Program-made: the position numbers and the translations under genes
The notes under the pieces: model-generated
What the model saw: the letters and a program-made list of their open reading frames with translations, nothing else
Told to the model about the DNA's origin: nothing
Database searches by the model: none
Assembly: GCA_038087875.1 (NCBI GenBank)
Contig: CM075977.1
Location: 305,970,001-306,034,000, forward strand
DNA length: 64,000 nt
Reading direction: 5' to 3'
Source: Malacoraja senta
Lineage: Eukaryota
Shown: in pieces, positions 36,823 through 49,015 of the stretch
Numbering within the stretch: the first letter of the stretch is position 1
How the letters are laid out: each line of letters starts with the position of its first letter

Positions 36823-37039
36823 GACATCTCCACCCGCAGCGACACGCAGTGGATGGGTGACATAAATTTAAACATGCCCTCGATTTATAAAGAGCTGTTA
36901 TAAATCGATTTATAACGAGCACGTTAACGACCAGTCTTCAATGTTAGCAATAAGGGGTGATTGCCTCAACAAACCACTGGATGGACAACTGCTGTGAATT
37001 TATATGCTGGCGTTTGGGGAGGCCAAGAGTAGAGTAAAC

Positions 37040-40000
37040 ATAGAAACATAGAAAATAGGTGCAGGAGTAGGCCATTCGGCCCTTCGAGCCTGCACCGCCA
37101 TTCAATATGATCATGGCTGATCATCCAACTCAGTATCCTGTACCTGCCTTCTCTCCATACCCCCTGATCCCTTTAGCCACAAGGGCCACATCTAACTCCC
37201 TCTTAAATATAGCCAATGAACTGGCCTCAACTACCTTCTGTGGCAGAGAATTCTAGAGATTCACCACTCTCTGTGTGAAAAATGTTTTTCTCATCTCGGT
37301 CCTAAAAGATTTCCCCTTTATCCTTAAACTATGACCCCTTGTCCTGGACTTCCCCAAAATCGGGAACAATCTTCCTGCATCTAGCCTGTCCAACCCCTTA
37401 AGAATTTTGTAAGTTTCTATAAGATCCCCCCTCAATCTTCTAAATTCTAGCGAGTACAAGCCGAGTCTATCCGAGTGCAATGTTTAATTGTCATATGTAC
37501 TGACAATGAAATCCTTGCAGCAGCATAGCTATTTACAATATACATCAATGATTTGGATGAAGGGATTCAAAGTAACATTAGCAAATTTGCAGATGACACA
37601 AAGCTGGGTGGCAGTGTGAACTGTGAGGAGGATGCTATGAGAATGCAGGGTGACGGACAGGCTGGGGGAGTGGGCAGATGCATGGCAGATTAAGTTTAAT
37701 GTGGATAAATGTGAGGTTATCCACTTTGGTATCAAAAACAGGAAGGCAGATTACTATCTAAATGGCGTCAAGTTGGGAAAAGGGGAAGTACAACGGGATC
37801 TGGGGGTCCTTGTTCATCAGTCTATGAAAGTAAGCATGCAGGTACAGCAGGCAATGAAGAAAGTGAATGGCATGTTGGCCTTTATAACAAGAGGAATCTA
37901 ATATAGGAGCAAAGAGGCCCTTCTGCAGTTGTACAGGGCCCCAGTGAGACCACACCTGGAGTATTGTGTGCAGTTTTGGTCCCCTAATTTGAGGAAGGAC
38001 ATTCTTGCTATTGAGGGAGTGCATCGTAGGTTTACAAGGTTAATTCCCGGGATGGCGGGACTGTCATATGCTGAGAGAATGGAGCGGCTGGGCTTGTACA
38101 CACTAGAGTTTAGAAGGATGAGAGGGAATCTTCTTGAAACATATGAGGTTGTTGAGGGTTTGGACACGCTAGAGGCAGGAAACATGTTCCCGATGTTGGA
38201 GGTGTCCAGAACCAGGGGCCATAGTTTAAGAATAACGGGTAAGCCATTTAGAACGGAGACGAGGAAACACTTTTTCTCACAGAGAGTTGTGAGTCTGTGG
38301 AATTCTCTGCCTCAGAGTGCGGTGGAGGCCACTTCTCTGGATACTTCCAAGAGAGAGCTAGATAGGGCTCTTAAAGATAGCAGAGTCAGGGGAGATGGGG
38401 AAAAGGCAGGGACGGGGTATTGATTGGGGATGAATAGCCATGATCACATTGAAAGGCGGTGCTGGCTCGAAGGGCTGAATGGCCTACTCCTGCACCTATT
38501 GTCTATTGTCTATTGTCTATTAACATGTCTTTAAACAAAATCCACATCGATAATATATAATGAACAAGATAACTACAATACTAGTGCAAAAAACCTTACG
38601 TCGTGAGTGCAACCTAAGACAGTCCACTGTAATTCACGGCAGAGGTTAGTGTTGTTGGTTAGTTTAATTTATTGTCACATGTACTGAGGTACAGTGTAAA
38701 GCTATTTTTGCTCCAACACACCTACAACATGAGGTGCAGTGTTCAAGAGTCTGGTGGTTGTTTGGGAAGCAACTGTCAGTCAGTTTTCTGACTCCTATAT
38801 CTTCCCAATGGTAGGAGTGAAATGAGACCATAGCTAGGATGGTGTGGGTCTTTGATGATATTAGCTGCCTTTTTGAAGCCATTGCCATTGTCTCAAGTTC
38901 CCAATGAAAGAACCTACTGGCATATTTGTTGATGGCACAATTGGGTGTTGAAAATGGACCTCCATTGGTTGTAGTAGAATGGAAAATATTATTTGTTTGA
39001 TGAATTTCTACTGAACAAAATGTTTTCCTGGAATGTAAATCTATCATGGATTAAGGGACACCTGTAGTGGACAATGTTAAGCAGGCCGGCACAAGATTAT
39101 GGTGACAACGCAGCAAAGCCACAAGTCAATAGATGATATATATGTTTATAAAAATTGACATAAAAAAAGGAAATGGCAGATGAGTTGAACAGGTACTTTG
39201 GATCTGTCTTCACTAAGGAGGACACAAACAATCTTCCTGATGTACTAGTGGCCAGAGGATCTGGGGTGGCGGAGGAACTGAAGGAAATCCACATTAGGCA
39301 GGAGATGGTGTTGGGTAGACTGATGGGACTGAAGGCTGATAAATCCCCAGGGCCTGATGGTCTGCATCCCAGGGTACTTAAGGAAGTGGCTCTAGAAATC
39401 GTGGACGCATTGGTGTTCATTTTCCAATGTTCTATAAATTTAGGATCAGTTCCTGTGGATTGGAGGGTAGCTAATGTTATCCCACTTTTTAAGAAAGGCA
39501 GGAGAGAGAAAACAGGGAATTATAGACCAGTTAGCCTCACATCGGAGTTGGGAAAGATGCTGGGGTCAATCATAAAAGATGAAATAGTGGCACATTTGGA
39601 TAGCAGTAACAGGATCGGTCCAAGTTAGCATGGATTTACAAAGGGAAAATCATGCTTGACTAATTTTCTGGAATATTTTGAGGATGTAACTAGGAAAATG
39701 GACAAGGGAGAGCCAGTGGATGTAGTGTACCTGGACTTTCAGAAAGCATTTGATAAGGTCCCACATAGGAGATTAGTGGGCAAAATTAGGGCACATGGTA
39801 TTGGGGGTAGAGTGCTGACATGGATAGAAAATTGGTCGGCTGACAGGAACAAAGAGCAGGGATTAACGGGTCCCTTTCAGAATGGCAGGTTGTGACTATT
39901 GGGGTACCGTAAGGCTCGGTACTGGGACCGCAGCTATTTACAATATACATCAATGATTTAGATGAAGGGATTCATAGTAACATTAGGAAATTTGCAGATG

Positions 40001-40830
40001 ACTCAAAGCTGGGTGGCAGTGTGAACTGTGAGGAGGATGCTATGAGAATGCAGGATGACTTGGACAGGTTGAGTGAGTCGGCAAATGCATGGCAGATGCA
40101 GTTTAATGTGGATAAATGTGAGGTTATCCACTTTGGTAGCAAAAACAGGAAGGCAGATTAATATCTAAATGGTGTCAAGTTGGGAAAAGGGGAAGTACAA
40201 CAGGATCTGGGGTCCTTGTTCATCAGTCAATGAAAGTAAGCATGCAGGTAGAGCAGGCAGTGAAGAAAGCGAATGGCCAGTTGGCCTTCATAACAAGAGG
40301 AGTTAAGTACAGGAGCAAAGAGGTCCTTCTGCAGTTGTATAGGGTCCTAGTGAGACCACAACTGGAGTACTGTGTGCAGTTTTGGTCCACTAATTTGAGG
40401 AAGGACATTCTTACTATTGAGGGAGTGCCGCGTAGGTTCACAAGGTTAATTCCCGGGATGGCGGGACTGTCATATGCTGAGAGAATGGAGCGGCTGGGCT
40501 TGTACACATGTTCCCGATGTTGGGGGAGTCCACGACCAGGGGCCACAGTTTAAGAATAAGGGATAAGGCATTTAGAACGGAGATGAGGAAACACTTTTTC
40601 ACACAGAGAGTTGTGAGTCTTTGCCTCAGAGGGCGATGGAGGCCGGTTCTCTGGATACTTTCAAGAGAGAGCTTGATAGGGCTCTTAAAGATAGCGGAGT
40701 CAGGGGATATGGGGAGAAGGCAGGGACGGGGTACTGATTGTGGATGATCAGCCATGATCACATTGAATGGCGGTGCTGGCTCGAAGGGCCAAATGGCCTA
40801 CTCCTGCACCTATTGTCTATTGTCTATCAA
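37040..40830. mobile_element. CR1 cluster: 37040-37475 (-), 37527-38520 (+), 39165-40830 (+), with a Rex1-like relic at ~38520-38880
   Basis: CR1 RT and C-terminal ORFs 37929..38423, 39173..39628, 39656..39895 and 40230..40553; (TATTGTC)n tails. Confidence 0.92.
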
Positions 40831-40857
40831 ATAAGATTTTTTTGTTGCATCCAATAT

Positions 40858-41378
40858 TTTTTAGTTTAGTTTAGAAATACAGTGTGGAAACAGGTCCTTC
40901 AGCCCACCAAAGGTAGACACAACATGCTGGAGTAACTCAGTGGGACAGGCAGCATCTCTGGAGAGAAGGAACGGGTGACGTTTCGTGTCGAGACCCTTCT
41001 TCAGACTGATGTCAGGGGAGTGGGCGGTACAGAGATAAAATGTTGTCGGAGACAGTAAGACTAGTGGGAGATCTGGGAAGGGGGAGGGGATGGAGAGAGA
41101 GTGAAAGGAAGGGCTACTTGAAGTATACGTTCGGCCCACCGGGTCCGCGCCGACAGAGCGAGCCCCGCACATTATCACTCTCGTACACACACCAGGGACG
41201 ATTTTCACATTTACCAAGCCGATTAAACCTGGATGTCTGGAGTGTGGGAGGAAACCGAAGATCTCGGAGAATACCCACGCTGGTCACGGGGAGAACGTGC
41301 AAACTCCGTAGTCGGGATTGAACCCGGGTCTCCGGCGCTGTAAGGCAGCAATTCTACCGCTGCACCACCGTGCGCCAC
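40858..41378 (-). mobile_element. HE1-like tRNA SINE interrupted by a Penelope-type fragment (~40911-41125)
   Basis: Same body as 7604-7900. B-box-like GGTTCAATCCC on the minus strand; TTC(A/G)GCCCACC duplicated around the insert. Confidence 0.82.
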
Positions 41379-41510
41379 AAAGCCAATAATTAGAAGGTGG
41401 TATTTTAGATCTGGATTCAACAGATGTGAAGGTCATAAGTGTTAAGAGCAGAATTAGGCTATTCAGCCCATCAAATCTACACCATTCAATCATGGTTGAT
41501 CTATCTTTCC

Positions 41511-41710
41511 NNNNNNNNNNNNNNNNNNNNNNNNNNNNNNNNNNNNNNNNNNNNNNNNNNNNNNNNNNNNNNNNNNNNNNNNNNNNNNNNNNNNNNNNNN
41601 NNNNNNNNNNNNNNNNNNNNNNNNNNNNNNNNNNNNNNNNNNNNNNNNNNNNNNNNNNNNNNNNNNNNNNNNNNNNNNNNNNNNNNNNNNNNNNNNNNNN
41701 NNNNNNNNNN
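41511..41710. other. Assembly gap (200 N), probably a scaffolding join
   Basis: Run of exactly 200 N. Confidence 0.99.
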
Positions 41711-42167
41711 TTTGAAGGGCAATTTTTAAACACTTTAAACCAAATCAATTTTCAAAATGACTGCAGAAAGACAGAGGCTTTAGTGCAGGACAAGAGACAT
41801 TATCAAAAAAATTATGAACTTTGAAGTAACACCACATGGCATAATCAAAAGTCAAAAGGACCATGCAAAACTGCTGCTCCATTGTTTTAATTGGAAACTC
41901 CTGCAAGATAAAGTGCATGAGAAACTAATTGCACATGCAGTTCCAAAAGGCTTGTGAAGGCCACTTTGTGTGTTGTATTCTAAGATTCTACTGCACACCC
42001 AAAGCAAAACAGAGAGATGAGCAGCCTAGTTGGATTTACCAGCTGAAGGTGCACTCACCAGAGTAGAAAGAGGAGCGCACAAACAACAACAGAATTAAGG
42101 CAATCAACTGTGAGTGGGCGAAATCAGGGGTCAATGTTCCCAAGCTAAAAGATACTAGGGAGGGACA

Positions 42168-45100
42168 ATTTTACTTCGGAGTCACGTGAGTGACTACGTG
42201 AAGAGCCCGCCAGCCGCATGCGCGTCATTACGTCTACGCATGGCGCAGCGACCGGCAGTTCTAAAAGGTAATTTTTAAACTTACTTTTTAGGTTGTCCTT
42301 TGTTCCAGGAAACTCTTCTCGTAGAGTTTCCTGTGGGATATTGTTCTCAGCAACCCGGTCGGACCGCGGGGAAGCCTATTGGACCGCGGGGTTGCCGGCT
42401 ACGGACCACGGTATGCGGGTAGCGGGAGGCTGTTGAGGTTGCTGTTGGAGTCGCTGACAGTGTGGTCAGCGACTCCCGAGGTATTTTATTTCAAGAATTT
42501 CAAATTTGGGCCGCGGGGTTTTGACCGCGGATTATGCCGGCTACGGTTCACGGGAGAGTGTAGCCGGTGGCCGTCGGATTACTACCCGACTCGCTGACAG
42601 TACGGTCAGCGACCACGGCAGCTCATAGGAGGGCAACTTTGCAGAGACGCTTGGGCTGGACGAGGCCGGCCACGAGGTTTCCCCTCCGTTATTCTGGACT
42701 TTCTACACCTCCTGATATGGTCCACGGACAGGGCCATATCAGCGCAGGTTAGCGGGGGACTGCGGCAGCGCCTGTTTCAGGGCTGCTTTCTAATCTCCCC
42801 TCAGTGGAGAGGAGTGCAACCCTGGAAGTGTGTCCAGAGCACATTCTACTTCAGATTCCAGTATACCTGGGGGGGGGGGGGGGGGGGGGGGGAACCAGAG
42901 TTCCCCTCACGTTACTAATGACTTCATCACCCTTACATTTCCTATGGCAGTTGTTTGGGCAAAGCTTTCAGACCTAGGGCCAAGCTGGCCTTCAGGGAAA
43001 TTATACTATTCACACAACTCGGCAGTTCTACCCTCATAAACAAGAACGGGAATGGGACCTACATCAGGGGCCTTTGGGCTTACCTCAAGACCACCAGTAT
43101 CTATGCAGGTAAGTGAGTCTGGGTTCCATAACATGGGTTCTGTGGTCTAGTTATAGTGTATTCTGCTAAGTATGGCTATACAGGATGGTCATTTATTTAG
43201 TTGCCGCTAGGTCACGTAGTGACTATCATACCTAGAGAGAATTTAGTTTCACTTACACCAACAAATTGTGTAGTAGAATCGGACCTGCCATGGTGGTCTT
43301 AATCACTGGCTTGGAAAGTTTTGTTGGGCTTTAATTATCAGTCACCTGTGCGAGCGTTACATGGTTCATGGTAATTCTGCTCGTTTAGGGACTGTGGAAG
43401 ATTCTTCCCCAAATTGCCAATTATTAATTAAGTAATCAAATCTCGTTTAACTGGGATGGGTGTCTTCATTCAGGTAAACTGGCAGGTTTGTGTTCCAGCA
43501 TTTCTCCCACTATGTCTGACGTACGTGGGGACAGAGGCGCTCCAGTCCTTCTCTGTATACTGCGTTGGCATCGGAAAGGAGCAGGATTCGGAGTCACTAG
43601 CACATGCAGCCTGTTTGGGGAATGAGATACCAACAGAGCATCGATTTGCACAGCTAGTCCTGGCGGCTGCTGAAGGAAGCAACCAAACAAACCCAACTCA
43701 GAGTGAGTGCCAAGGCTTGGGCATCTATGTCAGACGAGATTGCGATTCGTCGCAGTCAAAGAACGCTCCATCTAAAGGCATGTCAGGCAGCAGCTACTGG
43801 TTCAGGGTTGCAAGTTCCTCCCACTCAAAGGACGGAGTGGTAAAGAGAGTGCTCCAGGAGTATGCACATGTGCCTGAAGCAACGCCTGGTTCAGGGTTGC
43901 CATTCCTCCCACTCGGTTGAGCGCACTGATGGAGATGGTGCTAAAATACATGCACATATGCCTGAGGCAGCCCTGGTTCAGGGCATAAGTCCTCCCATTC
44001 GGACGAAAACAGAATGAAGACGGAGCCATATATATTATAAGACCATGGGAGATGGAGTCGCAAGCAGACGGATGGTGACAACTGATTCAGGTGAAATTAC
44101 TTCCACTCTAAAAGAGTGTCTAAGGTTAGTATGGATTGACTCCAAACAGGAACTGAATATGACTGTGCGGGGGTCCCATGCTTAATGCATAATGCACGAC
44201 AATCGCATGAGGGAAAATGGTGCTTTGCCTCTACAATTGCTGCTCTGTCGGTGACGGACTAGCCACTACAAGAGAAGTTGGCCAGCAGCATCAGCGATAG
44301 AGTCTGCTAATGAAATTTCGCTGGAACTCCAGTAAAGGTAAGGGACCTGGAGAGAGACGCTGGTAAGTAGGTCTCGTTATTTACCTCCATGAAAGTCACT
44401 ATGGTGGACGAACAGTATTCAGCATTGCTCCACTAACTTTTCGTCAGCAAACCTTCAGTTATATTACAAACAGATGCGAGGGCTTAAAGATATTAACTTA
44501 CTAATACCATCTCTATTTACGGAGGTGATGGGATTTGCATGAATTACCTATTCTTCAGTTCTATGGTATCAGCTACCTTTAGACACTAGGTGCATGTTAT
44601 GGGTTAAGGGTCGTGCGAATATGCATAATCAGCATGTTCAAGTCCAAGTTCGTACGGCTTTGGTGGTGTCATAGGTTAATCACTTGGGTGCAATCAAGTC
44701 AAAGTAGCCAGGGATGGTTTACCTAACCTTTTTTGGCACGAGAGTAGCATCATGTTAACCAATATCAAAACAGAATGGATGATGGATCATTAGTATTTTA
44801 ATGACTTATGGAACACTAGATCGATACGTTGCATCCAGGCTCAATCACCAGTAGAAATATATTTTATATATATAGGTGGCATGGCAGTGGCGATAGATAT
44901 ACTCTCGCTACTCTGGGGAGGTTTGTCTTCCTCCATTTTGCCTTGTTGGATCTTGCTAATATTCAGTAAATCCCGCTTCAGGCATTTTGTAGTGACTGTC
45001 CTATGCAGCCATGGTTCCCGCTGATGTTGGGAATCATATAAGAACCTTATATGGTTAGTCTAACATAGTATTGCTGGTTCAGCCCGTGACTCGGGTAACC

Positions 45101-46409
45101 ATCCTATGCATATCAATTCGTTGACATATATACGGCACGGATAACTGACGACTGGGAGTTCATTTTCGTATGGGTCTTTGACATAATCAGTTATAGTACC
45201 ATTATCTGTGCCAAATGTGCCTTCGCATCATAATCTGCTAGAAGCGGGACCCATTCTGTTGGGTCTCACCCGCTGATATCCAGATTCATGAAGGGTATCT
45301 TCAACTCAAACCTCTCAGGTTCAGACACGCAGAGATATGGGATGTTAACATTGTGCTGACGCCGCTTCGCTGGTGGGCTCCGGTTTCATCCCTGTCCTTG
45401 GTCAAAATCACTTAAAATTGGTTATGCTCATGGCACTGGTTCAGCGCAAGGGTCCAGTCATTGCATAGCGTGACTGGTCAGCATGGTTACAGCTGCAAGC
45501 AAATAACTATTTATGTTTATGGCTTAGTCAAGCAGAGTAGATCGGGGCATCAGATCTCTAACTACATTTTGGGCATACCCCATGGACCTTCAGTTATGTG
45601 TGGTCATCTACTACTATACGTTAGGTCACTTAGAGCCTTAGGGGCACTGAGCTAGCAATGTTTGTCAGTTACATAAACCTCATAAAAGGTATCAGTATAG
45701 ACCATCTCCAGGTGGTTAAGCGGGTTCTGGCTTATGCAGGAGTGACTGACATTTTATCTCACTCCACCACGGCTGGAACAGTTTCAGCGGTAGGGGTATG
45801 GACGTTCTGCGATACCACATCCTGGTGTCTGTAGGGTGGTCAAACGAACGATCTTTCAATACATTTGTACAAACCCATTGCCAGACCGGCGGTATTTGCC
45901 AATTCTATTTTAGTTCTGTCTATAGTTCCTCCCGGATGACAGAGGTTACTATTGTTTATTGGTTCATAAAAGAGCATCAGCATGTCTGAATGCATGATTA
46001 TGTTTACTCATCCTTGGTCAATGGATGCAGTGTGTGACGCATGGACTCGTTCCACGGCATGAAGTCAGAGCTTTAAAATCTTCACGTAGTCACTCACGTG
46101 ACTGAAGTAAAATAGTAAGATTAAACGAGAACTTACCAGTTTGAAGTTTGATCTTTATTTTATGAGGAGTAACGCTGAGGGATTACGTGCCCTCCGCTCC
46201 CAACCCCTCCTCATAAAACTCAGCTGGTAGTTCTAGTTTCTCGAATCTTACTATTCTCAGGTCAATGTTGCCTGTCTGTGACTTCACACCGCTGCTTTGA
46301 AGATTGACGCGCATGCGGCTGGCAGGCTCTTCACGTAATCCCTCATCGTTACTCCTCATAAAATAAAGATCAAACTTCAAACTGGTAAGTTCTCGTTTAA
46401 TCTTACTAT
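42168..46409 (+). mobile_element. DIRS-type tyrosine-recombinase retrotransposon, non-autonomous/degenerate, termini intact
   Basis: Inverted termini 42195-42227 / 46305-46337. ICR 46079-46189 is complementary to the left end (42168-42204) and the right end (46332-46409, 77/78). Eroded coding motifs: ASRLNHQ (~44830), IWDVNIVL (~45335), TISRWL..HST (~45700-45770), GWSNERSF (~45835). Confidence 0.9.
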
Positions 46410-46740
46410 GATCATTGAATAATTTGAACAGTGGTGAAGCTGTTAAATTTAAAGAGCTTGGGTGAAAAAGCTTAAATTAACCCACTGGTATTGGGTGATA
46501 AAAACATGGGTAGTGTTGTTCAAAGGCCTAATTACCACTGTCTAATGAACTAATGCACTTATCAAATCCCAGCTAAAACCACCGTAGTACTGAGTAACTT
46601 CCAACAAGATTTGGTGGCTGGTTGATTATAGGGCGACTTACACGGGGGAACATACCAGGACAAACATATTTTGATGCCTTTTTAATGTAACATCAAATCA
46701 CCATCTTGCATATTTCCCAAACTGTAATCTTAGTACTCAC

Positions 46741-46957
46741 TCGAACTGTTGTTGACATGATGGTCTCTTAATGAATGCAACTCATCAAGGAGTTTATCCA
46801 TTCTCTCCTTCTTTCCTTGTAAAACTTGCAGCTTATTCACCAGCTGCACTTTTTGTTCTGACAGATGTTCTGAAGTAGAGGAATCTCGACTCCTCGCAAC
46901 CTCTTGTGTCAGTGATAGACTTTCTGCTTGTCTCCTGTTGTCTGGAACAGACTGAAG
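46741..46957 (-). CDS. PCM1: PCM1 exon (LQSVPDNRRQAESLSLTQEV...LDELHSLRDHHVNNS)
   Basis: 217 nt, AG/GTGAGT boundaries, PCM1 motif VPDNRRQAESLSLT. Confidence 0.96.
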
Positions 46958-47449
46958 CTGCAAAAGGATATACATTTCTCAGATTCAAAACTTCACAATG
47001 TGCTAAAAATAAAAAATAAATCCAATTATTTAATTTCTAGGATCTGACAAAGTTTATTAATACTGCAAATCAAAAGTGTACTGACTTGACAATTATTTAG
47101 TATGAAGTGAGTGCAAATGAGGGGAAGTTGAAATGGAAAAAATCTGGTACTTTATCACTCCTGATCAGTCTTCTCAGCCTTCTATTACCTCTCCTCAACT
47201 AATTTAATACATTCTCATGTCTCCTTCACATTCGATCTTCATGCCATCTCATCTTATTCTCTCATCTGTATTCTGTCCAGACCTACCACTGCTCACCACC
47301 CCTTAATCATTCCTTTCCTGCACACCCTTCTTCCTCTTTCATATTATTTCAACAAATTGTCATTGAAAATTACAAGATAAAACAGAGTGCAATTTGTGCA
47401 AACAATTCAATACTTCAGTCATTAAGCATTCTTCTTCAAATTGTAATAC

Positions 47450-47559
47450 CTGTGAGTTTTGCAGCTGGTTGTGGAATCGTTGGATCAAGTCATTTAGTTC
47501 CTCATTGAGTTCTGATGTAATACTTAGACCTGAAACACTACTGGTTGTTTCAGCTACAA
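47450..47559 (-). CDS. PCM1: PCM1 exon (VVAETTSSVSGLSITSELNEELNDLIQRFHNQLQNSQ)
   Basis: 110 nt, AG/GT boundaries, motif ITSELNEELNDLIQRFHNQL. Confidence 0.96.
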
Positions 47560-48837
47560 CTGAGAAAACAAAAATGAGAATTTCATTTTCATTGTTAACA
47601 AATTATATACAATTATGTTACAACTTCCTTCTAATTTTAAATCAGCTTTCATTACCAAGTACTATAACATGCGAAAATCATTGAGCAACCTGTACCTCTG
47701 TCCAAAAACAATGAAATTATCAAGATGAGAGATTTCACTTTTGGAAAAGTGAAAACTAAAAGGCTTAGATTTTGGGTGAAAGAAAAGGCAATTAATTGTA
47801 TTGATGTGCTAATTTTAATGATGACACTTTATAAAGTCTGGGACATTATGTTACATGACAAGCATTGCAGTCAGCTTCTGCTGCAACAAATCACTAATTA
47901 TCTGGACACTAACCTGATGGAAAAGAGGCATATCTTGCTCGAGAAACAAGAAACTGCAGATGCCGGTTTACAAAAATAAACAAGTGCTGGAGTAACTCAG
48001 TGGGTCAGACAGCATCTTTGATGACATGGATATGTGACTGAGTGTCTGAAAAATGGTCCGAACTAAAAACATCACCTAGCCATGTCCTTCAGAGATGCTG
48101 CCTAACCTGCTAAGTTACTCGAGCAATTACTGTTTTTTTTTAAAATATCATAAGTTCGAAAAATAATTCCCTAACGCCTCAATCTCATGTCTGTTCCAAT
48201 TTTATTAGAAATGAATAGGTCATTTAAAATTAAACACTTGAGTCCCTTTTGTTAGTAATACTTCAAAAGCATTTCTACTTCAGTCATTTTTTTCCCCTAA
48301 ACATAGAAGCATTTGTAGTTCCGTTCCATTGTTTTGGTGATTTATCAGCCATAGCATGGCACAAAGCCCTGGGGTAGTGATCATTAGCATGAAGATTTGG
48401 GACATCTCATTGAGTGGATTCAGACACAATTAAGTGGAAAAGGAAACTATTTATATTTCACTGGGGTTCATAATAAAATGAACAAAATGATGTTTATGAT
48501 TAACAAATCAAAAGCCAAAAACAATATTTATTCCATCAAATGACAAAAACTCAGACAAGAAGCGATTAAATGATGGGTGTCATTAACTTTCCAAAACAGA
48601 AATGTAATCGTCAAAATGTCAATTTTCAGTTCTCAATTTAAATTCTGAAGTGACACCAATGAATCCACAGAATTAAACATATTCGGGCAGATTAATAAAT
48701 CCAGAACGAAAACATGCTGAAATCATAGGTTTCTTTCTCTTTCCTCTTGTCAGATTCACCCTCCTTACCATACTCATGAACAAAAGGAAGAAAACTTTCA
48801 CATGGAACAAGTAGCTGAGCTAATGTTTAAGGTATAC

Positions 48838-49015
48838 CAGAATCATCCATTCCAGCAACAGTTTGTTCTGCTTTCTGCTGCAGTGCCAGAAGTGCTGCCT
48901 GTCTTCCTTGAAGAGTCCTTAACTGTTCCTGCTGTTCTAACATTCTTTTCAAAAGCTCATGTTGCTTTTTCAAATTTTCCAACTCTTCTTTCGTATCTTG
49001 ATGCTGGTCACCTTC
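48838..49015 (-). CDS. PCM1: PCM1 exon (EGDQHQDTKEELENLKKQHELLKRMLEQQEQLRTLQGRQAALLALQQKAEQTVAGMDDS)
   Basis: 178 nt, AG/GT boundaries, coiled-coil motif LKKQH.LLKRML..LQGRQAALLAL. Confidence 0.96.

Noticed and set aside
35495-36922. Long repetitive ORFs (228, 199, 231, 227 aa)
   Set aside because: They arise from stop-poor minisatellites (the 39-bp unit is a multiple of 3). The real coding sequence here is the 62-nt FRG1 exon 1.
41284-41824. ORFs spanning the N run
   Set aside because: Artefacts of the assembly gap.
38880-42160. Search for the next PCM1 exon or for ASAH1 exons near the gap
   Set aside because: No recognisable peptide or acceptor/donor pair; the isolated donor-like site at ~42055 lacks an acceptor.
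43456-43920. 154-aa ORF as a novel gene
   Set aside because: It lies inside the eroded DIRS element with no recognisable motif; probably a chance or gag-derived frame.
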